Below are positions 26,051-32,000 of a stretch of 32,000 nt of DNA, in pieces; position 1 is the first letter of the stretch, and the number at the start of each line of letters is the position of its first letter. The notes below the pieces were generated by a model. It ran no database searches. It saw only the letters and a list, made by a program, of their open reading frames with translations, and was not told the DNA's origin. Source of the stretch: a virus; IMG/VR virus record IMGVR_UViG_3300045988_182841, positions 609 through 32,608 of that record, one strand, 5' to 3'. Position numbers and translations under genes: made by a program.

Positions 26051-27631
26051 ATGGCTAAAAAGAATAATAACGTTAAGTTCAATGTTGGCCTCACTGATAA
26101 GTACTTTGATGCAGTATCTCGCCAAAACTTACCCATGTGCGCTGCTGCAGATGAAACGATTGACAACGGCTTTTCCAACGCTATCGGCCTCATCAGCATG
26201 CTGGTCGCTATCGTTAAAGGACATGACAAAAACCTAATTGGTATGGTTATTGCCGACTGGGGTAAAGGAATGTCCAAGGAGAAGCTGCCGGAATGCCTGC
26301 AGTTCGGTAACGACCATACCAATGAAGGCCCGCTGTGCATCCACGGCGTTGGCTTGAACAACTTCATCCTTGTTGCTACCCGCAACAAGTATCCCTGGTT
26401 CATCGCTTCCAAGGAGCCTGGCGAGAGCACCTATCATCGCGTTGACGGCCCATTCGCCACGACCATGACGATGTCTGAGCAGGAAGAGATTCCTATGGAA
26501 GATATCGTTATGCGTGAGCAGTTCAAGGCTCTTGGCGCACCGTCCACCATCATTTATGTGGAGATGGACAAGGCCACCGCCAGCACCATGCTGACCAAGA
26601 ACGGCAGCTGCGCTGAGAGCAGGGTCACCAGCCTGAATGTACTGCGTACCTGCCTGGCTGAGCACTTTGGTGTCATGTACCGCAACTACCTGGCACCTGA
26701 TGCCACCGGCGTCGCTCCCGCCCGTATCCTGATTCCCGATTATCGTATGTTTGACGGCAAAACCCGCGATGTGCTCGTCAAGCCTATTTTCCAGCCGTAC
26801 AAGGAGAAGCGGCAGGATAAGCGTTTCGTTGTGGAGTACGATGGATATGAAATCCCTGTCAAGGTCGAATGTGGCCTGCTTGACAGCGAAGCAACTCGGG
26901 GTATGGTTACTGGCGGTTACGATTTGAAGCGTTTCTACCAGTGCAACATGCCCACTCAGGGCTTGGATATTCAGCTCGGTGACCGCGTTATTTCTACGGC
27001 TCAGTTCGATACCATCTGGGATAGGGCTCGTCACCCGTCCTTTAACGCCTTTACCGGCGTTGTGGCTGTCGATATCACTGGCCTGCCGCGCGGATTCCTG
27101 AACACCCTTGCCAACAAGTCCAATATCGACTTGAGCGACAAGGGATGGCGTACGATTTTCGACGCCATTGCCGAGAACGTAAAGCCTTTCGATAGTGAGC
27201 CATTTACCCTCGAAAAGTATGCGCAGGAATTTGCCAATCGTCTGGTTGCTGACACTGGGAATGAAGTTGAACTCCAGTTTCCCCTGTACGCAAACCGGAC
27301 TCGTATCGACGTTCTGGAACACATCGATGAGTCCCACTGCCGGATTTACGACTTTATGAGCGGCGTTGCTACTTTGAAGTCCGTAACCGAGCTGCGGACT
27401 CATTGGGATGGCATGGTTGCGCAGGGCATTCAGCCCATTTCGGCTGTGATGTACTGCAACAAGCGTGGTCCGATGTTGAAGCATACCTGCGATGAGATGA
27501 ATACTCTCGTACAGGCAATGAACGACGAGGACTTCTACATGACCCTTGAAGCTGCTGGTGGTGATGTATCCAAGATGCCGCACTACAGCTTTGATGTGGT
27601 TCTCGACCAGAATATCCCCATCAAGAAATAA
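26051..27631 (+). CDS. GHKL (MORC/Hsp90/HATPase_c-like) ATPase, 526 aa
   Basis: N box AAADETIDNGFSNA, G1 IADWGKGMSKEKLPECLQFGN, G2 IHGVGLNNFILVATR. Confidence 0.75.
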   Translation: MAKKNNNVKFNVGLTDKYFDAVSRQNLPMCAAADETIDNGFSNAIGLISMLVAIVKGHDKNLIGMVIADWGKGMSKEKLPECLQFGNDHTNEGPLCIHGVGLNNFILVATRNKYPWFIASKEPGESTYHRVDGPFATTMTMSEQEEIPMEDIVMREQFKALGAPSTIIYVEMDKATASTMLTKNGSCAESRVTSLNVLRTCLAEHFGVMYRNYLAPDATGVAPARILIPDYRMFDGKTRDVLVKPIFQPYKEKRQDKRFVVEYDGYEIPVKVECGLLDSEATRGMVTGGYDLKRFYQCNMPTQGLDIQLGDRVISTAQFDTIWDRARHPSFNAFTGVVAVDITGLPRGFLNTLANKSNIDLSDKGWRTIFDAIAENVKPFDSEPFTLEKYAQEFANRLVADTGNEVELQFPLYANRTRIDVLEHIDESHCRIYDFMSGVATLKSVTELRTHWDGMVAQGIQPISAVMYCNKRGPMLKHTCDEMNTLVQAMNDEDFYMTLEAAGGDVSKMPHYSFDVVLDQNIPIKK

Positions 27632-27679
27632 AGGCACTTGCCGTCATCCGAAAGGGTGGCGGCATTTTTTGTTGAGCCA

Positions 27680-27711
27680 TTGCGTCAACAACCCCCACCT
27701 GAAGGAGGGGG
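27680..27711 (+). repeat. IS200/IS605-like end hairpin
   Basis: TTGCGTCAACAACCCCCACCTGAAGGAGGGGG; first 16 nt identical to 15401-15416. Confidence 0.45.
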
Positions 27712-27810
27712 AATTCTTACCACTACTTCTTAAACATCGAGATTCCTCATGTGGGGTGTAGCGTTTTGTACCGATATATGCTATAATAACGCAAAAAGGG
27801 AGGAACCAAC

Positions 27811-28191
27811 ATGGCAGAAAATAATAACAACAATGGCAAAAAAAACAATATCATCACAAAAATCAACGATACCATTTCTAATGTCCTGCGCGATTTCCCG
27901 CCTGTTGTTCAGACAATTGCAAAAGTCGTTATCTTCGGCGGGCTCATCCTGCTTATCGCCAAAGCCATCGGCTGTATTTTCCCTGTTGTTGTGAACGTTC
28001 TTTTTGAACTTTTAACAAGTATTGTTACCATCGGTATTCTGGCACTCATTGGTTCCGCTTTCGTATACCAGGTAAAATTACAAATGACCCGCGATGAAAA
28101 TTCGTTTCTGCTGAATGAACGACTCAAGTATCAGAAAAAAGAATACGAGGAACGTGAGCGCAGAAGACAAGAACGAGATAACAGACGATAA
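27811..28191 (+). CDS. Two-TM membrane protein with charged C-terminus, 126 aa
   Basis: IAKVVIFGGLILLIAKAIGCIFPVVVNVLFELLTSIVTIGILALIGSAFVYQ; tail EYEERERRRQERDNRR. Confidence 0.7.
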   Translation: MAENNNNNGKKNNIITKINDTISNVLRDFPPVVQTIAKVVIFGGLILLIAKAIGCIFPVVVNVLFELLTSIVTIGILALIGSAFVYQVKLQMTRDENSFLLNERLKYQKKEYEERERRRQERDNRR

Positions 28192-28248
28192 TACATAATC
28201 ATACATAGGCTGTCCAGCTTCGGCTGGGCAGCTTTTTTTGTTTTCCTA

Positions 28249-28276
28249 TTGCAGGTTCTTGCGAATTGCATACCAT
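28249..28276 (+). promoter_or_regulatory. Spacer-motif promoter P9
   Basis: TTGCAGgttctTGCGAAttgcaTACCAT; preceded by a hairpin + T7. Confidence 0.65.
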
Positions 28277-28300
28277 GAAATTTGTAGAAAGGAGCTTCTC

Positions 28301-28549
28301 ATGAAAACACTCGAATCGATTTTCAGTAGAACTGCACAGTTTGGCTTGCTCATTTATCTGACCGGCTGCTTTGGCCTGTTGATTGTTTTAGGCGCTGCAG
28401 TCGCAAAATGGCTTAAACTCATCGACGTAATTCAATATATTGCCTTTGCTTTTGGACTTGGACTCCTCACTTTGCTTATCGGCGTGGTGGGTCTCTCACT
28501 CCTCGGCATTAGGCAAAACCGCAAACATAAGGAGGCAAAACGCGCATGA
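28301..28549 (+). CDS. Small membrane protein, 82 aa
   Basis: SD aaaggagc; hydrophobic segments. Confidence 0.7.
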   Translation: MKTLESIFSRTAQFGLLIYLTGCFGLLIVLGAAVAKWLKLIDVIQYIAFAFGLGLLTLLIGVVGLSLLGIRQNRKHKEAKRA

Positions 28550-29760
28550 GTAAAAAGATTATCAATATCACCGCAGCTGCCATGGCACTCGCCGTGACAC
28601 TTTCCGGCTGCGCCACAGCTGTGGTTCAGGAACGGAAAGACCAGGCGGCTGCAGCGGCAAGTGCCGAAGCAGCACAGGCTGCCGTCACAGCAACGCCGGA
28701 ACCGACAGCAGAACCGACCCCGGAACCCATCAATGCCTGGTCTTTGTTGTCGAATCTCCCGGATTTCACGCCCGGCACGCTGGACAATCCTGACACTACC
28801 TGGCCGGACGGTATTCCGATGGGGCAGAGTCCTTTGTCTTACGATGACGGCAGCAAGTTCTATTCGCTGCGCAGCGTTGATACCGGCAAGACACTGGATA
28901 TCACGGACGTTGCATTACAGGATGTACGGGATTTGCCTGTAAAGGGATATCTGAAATTGAACGAACTCGAAAACGGCGATACAGTCATTGGTGAAATCAA
29001 TGCCGAATCTACAGGCGAAGGCGTGGAAAAGGAAATCAGCGATTTCTCAATTCACACTGCCAGCAAAGAAGATGGCTGCGACTATTATCCGATTGGATAT
29101 AACGGCGGTTCACTGACCTTGATGCTGGACGGTCGTGCAGCCAATGATGATGGCATCAATATCGGCGATGCGTTCCTTGACGGCCTCTATTATTCGTCTG
29201 TCACTCCGGACAAATTCGACGGCTATCCAACTGACGGAGAACCGAAAGAGCAGTTCAACTTCCTGTATGGCTTGTTTGGCAATCCGTCCGGGCTTTATTG
29301 GACGAACAACGATTCTGTCGCTTTCGATTCCAGCAAGCAGTACCGTACTTTCGAGGATTTCCGGGATGCGCACTATGATGTCGAAATTGGCGACAAGAAC
29401 TTCTATCTGGTTTGGAACTATGACGGCTATAGTGTTGTCGCTGCATGCAATGATACCTTTGACAGCGCCGATGTAAAAGGCACTGCCATTCGAGATGTCT
29501 ATCTGTTCCCGAACATGACGGAAACCAAGTACCTGGTTGAGAATTCCGGCAGCCTGATTAGCGGTTATCTGGGTTATGGTGAAGCACCCGTCATCTTGAC
29601 TGGTACATACGCATCAGTCAACAGTGATTCGACTGTCGAACAGGATACAAGCGCGGAAGAAAACACCGACGCTGAATCTGGTGACAATTCCACGGCGGAC
29701 GAAAACGCTGAGTCCAGTTCCGATGATAACAGCGGCAATTCGGAAAATTCCGATTCTTAA
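28546..29760 (+). CDS. Lipoprotein, 404 aa
   Basis: MSKKIINITAAAMALAVTLSGCATAVVQE lipobox; Asp/Glu/Ser-rich C-terminus. Confidence 0.8.
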   Translation: MSKKIINITAAAMALAVTLSGCATAVVQERKDQAAAAASAEAAQAAVTATPEPTAEPTPEPINAWSLLSNLPDFTPGTLDNPDTTWPDGIPMGQSPLSYDDGSKFYSLRSVDTGKTLDITDVALQDVRDLPVKGYLKLNELENGDTVIGEINAESTGEGVEKEISDFSIHTASKEDGCDYYPIGYNGGSLTLMLDGRAANDDGINIGDAFLDGLYYSSVTPDKFDGYPTDGEPKEQFNFLYGLFGNPSGLYWTNNDSVAFDSSKQYRTFEDFRDAHYDVEIGDKNFYLVWNYDGYSVVAACNDTFDSADVKGTAIRDVYLFPNMTETKYLVENSGSLISGYLGYGEAPVILTGTYASVNSDSTVEQDTSAEENTDAESGDNSTADENAESSSDDNSGNSENSDS

Positions 29761-29776
29761 TTCTAAAAAATAGTTA

Positions 29777-29892
29777 TTGCGTATTCGTGCGAAACGCATA
29801 CAATAAAAATTGTATGATAGATAACAGCACACATACGCTATAATTTCACAATTCTGAGAAGCAGACTATCCGTTTGGAGGTCTGCTTTTTTT
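29777..29892 (+). promoter_or_regulatory. Promoter P10 + leader RNA module F + terminator-like hairpin
   Basis: TTGCGTattcgTGCGAAacgcaTACAAT; AATTGT/ACAATT; AGCAGAC...GTCTGCT + T run. Confidence 0.65.
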
Positions 29893-29957
29893 GTTGGAAT
29901 TTTGCGGTGCTTTGCTGACGTTTATCGTAACTAAACACTACAAGGAGAAATAAAAAG

Positions 29958-30281
29958 ATGACCGTAACGAACACTGTAACAGAAACAGAACACTTAACTC
30001 CCCTGCGTTCCGCTGTAGAGCACATCAACTGGAATACTTTGTACCAGCAGAAAATGGCTCTCGAAGAAGTCTCTGACATGCTCTATGCCAAGAGAAAAGA
30101 GGATGACACGTTTGGCAAGGCTTCCGCCTGGCTCGAAAGCGTCATTGCACTCATGGAACGCTTGGGGGATGCAGCAGAAGAGGAAGGAAAGTTTAATTAT
30201 CCCGAGCGGGACGAAAACGATGAACATCTGGATAACAGGTTCAATCATGTGTTGAATCAGTACCCGGATGTGGATATCTGA
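29958..30281 (+). CDS. Hypothetical protein, 107 aa
   Basis: SD aaggag. Confidence 0.7.
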   Translation: MTVTNTVTETEHLTPLRSAVEHINWNTLYQQKMALEEVSDMLYAKRKEDDTFGKASAWLESVIALMERLGDAAEEEGKFNYPERDENDEHLDNRFNHVLNQYPDVDI

Positions 30282-30302
30282 CCAGTTCATATCAGGAGGA
30301 CA

Positions 30303-30548
30303 ATGATGCGGATTAACAGCAGTTGTGTGCTTCACAGCACCACGAGTCTCAACGCAAGAGTTCTTCCGCTCATTGGACGGGTCGGAACTCTTGAGCTGTC
30401 AAGCGGACAGCCTCTCGTATTCAAAACAACGACACCAAAACAGCAAGACATTCTGCGTACCAGCACGGTAAAAGCCATTGGCTTTGTAGGCAGCAGAATC
30501 TTCGTCAAAACCGAGCGAGGAACCCAATACACATTTGAATTTCAGTAA
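30303..30548 (+). CDS. Hypothetical protein, ~81 aa
   Basis: SD aggaggac. Confidence 0.6.
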   Translation: MMRINSSCVLHSTTSLNARVLPLIGRVGTLELSSGQPLVFKTTTPKQQDILRTSTVKAIGFVGSRIFVKTERGTQYTFEFQ

Positions 30549-30629
30549 CAACCAAGCGGCCACTAATCTCATTTATTTATAGATTGGCGGCCGCTATTAT
30601 TTTTATCAATTTGAAAGGAAGTTTTTATC

Positions 30630-31514
30630 ATGAATTTCATCAATGCCGCCACCAAGAAAGAACGCACCCATGTAGAAGAAATCATCAAGTCTCAGCCTGT
30701 TATGTCTCATGAAGGCATAACTGCCACTGAGATTGGTATTTGCGGCAAGCAGAATCTTTTCATGGACGTTTATCGCCCGGATAACGATGCCGAAAAGCAT
30801 CCGATTATCATCGATATCCATGGTGGCGGCTTGATTGCTGGCCGGAAAGAACAGAATCAAAACCTGGCAACCTGGTTTGCCAAAGAAGGGTATCTCACCT
30901 TTGTTCCGGATTACCGTCTGGTTCCTGAAACCAATGTTTTCGGTCAAATCACCGATGTCATCAATGCGTTTGCTACTGTAGCTGAACGCGCTGAAGACTT
31001 CGGTGGTGACTTGAATCAGGTCTTTGTAGTAGCCGACAGCGCTGGCGCATTCCTTGCCTGCATGGCAAGCTCTATTCTCCGCTATCCTGTCAAGATGCAG
31101 CCGGTAGAGGACGAACTGGAAGAGAACGTACCCAAGGCAGCCAAGAAACTCGTCATCAACGCGATGGGCCTGCAGAGCGGTATGTATTACATCTACAAGG
31201 GCCAGGTAGGTTTGCTTCAGAACTACTATATGTCTAAGGGCTGGAAGAATCACAGTTATGCTGAGTTCATCAAGCCTGAAACCTATTCCAAACTCATCCC
31301 CCCGTGCTATATCTGCACCGGGAAAAAGGACTTTCTCAAGAAACAGACTTTTGGGTTTAAGAAATGCCTCGAAAACGAGCGCGTTCACCACGACTACGGT
31401 TTTGTTTCCAAGAGAGAAACGGTCCATGCTTTTGCAGCGCTCTATCCTGAGACTGAATCTGCAGTCGGTGTGAACCGTGAGATGATTCGATTCTTTGACA
31501 CCTTCAAAAAATAA
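30630..31514 (+). CDS. Alpha/beta hydrolase (esterase/lipase HGGG family), 294 aa
   Basis: IIIDIHGGGLIAGRKEQNQNLATWFAKEGYLTFVPDYRLVPE; VVADSAGAFLACM. Confidence 0.85.
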   Translation: MNFINAATKKERTHVEEIIKSQPVMSHEGITATEIGICGKQNLFMDVYRPDNDAEKHPIIIDIHGGGLIAGRKEQNQNLATWFAKEGYLTFVPDYRLVPETNVFGQITDVINAFATVAERAEDFGGDLNQVFVVADSAGAFLACMASSILRYPVKMQPVEDELEENVPKAAKKLVINAMGLQSGMYYIYKGQVGLLQNYYMSKGWKNHSYAEFIKPETYSKLIPPCYICTGKKDFLKKQTFGFKKCLENERVHHDYGFVSKRETVHAFAALYPETESAVGVNREMIRFFDTFKK

Positions 31515-31529
31515 CAAGGAGCATATTAT

Positions 31530-31940
31530 ATGACTCACAACGAAATGGTTCATGGTCTCTGCACGAAGGAAACTATTATCGTACAGGACTTTGCTGAACT
31601 GATGCGATTCGCGCTCGATGCCAATGAAGAAGTCATCTACGACGGATGGATTAACGTCTACGTCCCTATCTGGTTCGATGCAGACAAAGCATTTGGCCTT
31701 GATTTGAACTCAGAAGAAAATGCAGATTGGATTAACATGTACATTGACTGGCATCCGGACGATACCATTCATGCCTATGTATCTTACTGCAACAGTTCTA
31801 CTGACGACCCCGACTTTACTCTTGAAGTCATCATGAGCCCTCACCACCGGGAATTGTTCAATGCGTATTTCAAAGAACAGTTTAAGGCGGTTTATCAAAT
31901 GAGTGTTAAAGAGGCGTGGGCCAAATATGGTGCAGCATAA
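31530..31940 (+). CDS. Hypothetical protein, 136 aa
   Basis: ORF with SD aaggag. Confidence 0.7.
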   Translation: MTHNEMVHGLCTKETIIVQDFAELMRFALDANEEVIYDGWINVYVPIWFDADKAFGLDLNSEENADWINMYIDWHPDDTIHAYVSYCNSSTDDPDFTLEVIMSPHHRELFNAYFKEQFKAVYQMSVKEAWAKYGAA

Positions 31941-31958
31941 CAATAAGGAGATAAAACT

Positions 31959-32000
31959 ATGGCACGGAAAGAAATCAAAATTTTCATGGATTCCAAGGAA
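31959..32000 (+). CDS. 5' end of a further CDS, cut by window
   Basis: SD ataaggag, ATG GCA CGG AAA GAA ATC AAA... Confidence 0.6.
   Translation, partial: MARKEIKIFMDSKE

Noticed and set aside
26234-27637. 467-aa minus-strand ORF
   Set aside because: Antisense to the motif-rich GHKL ATPase gene; no SD and no recognisable domain.

Overview
The window looks like part of a large mobile or extrachromosomal element (phage or plasmid-like) from a low/mid-GC Firmicute. This is inferred from mostly co-directional small unknown genes, a dense tRNA cluster, an NAD+-dependent DNA ligase and a (p)ppGpp-hydrolase-like HD protein. The main supported features are: (1) two IscB-like (RRXRR/bridge helix/split RuvC/HNH) genes. 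One is partial at the left edge, and its transposon right end abuts the 3' part of a tRNA-Ser gene. The other is complete, lacks the usual RuvC-I Asp, and has a HEARO/omegaRNA-like region and a TnpB N-terminal relic upstream. (2) Eleven intact tRNAs plus one truncated, three of them with C instead of U at position 33. (3) ligA, an AcrVA2-like protein plus a C-terminal partial copy, a GHKL (MORC/Hsp90-like) ATPase, an ASCH protein, a tail-lysozyme-like membrane protein, a lipoprotein and an alpha/beta hydrolase. The most unusual signals are non-coding. A promoter class with a second TTGCGA motif inside the spacer, exactly 10 bp after the -35 TTG, occurs at 10 sites. Five or six of these sites feed a ~80-105 nt structured leader with a YAGATAMCA motif at a fixed distance from the -10 box. 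The best members fold as a three-way junction and each ends in an intrinsic-terminator-like hairpin just before a gene. In addition, one well-initiated small gene contains two in-frame TAG codons, while none of the ~37 stop codons I checked is TAG, which hints at amber recoding. All functional statements are from reading only; no database or folding program was run.
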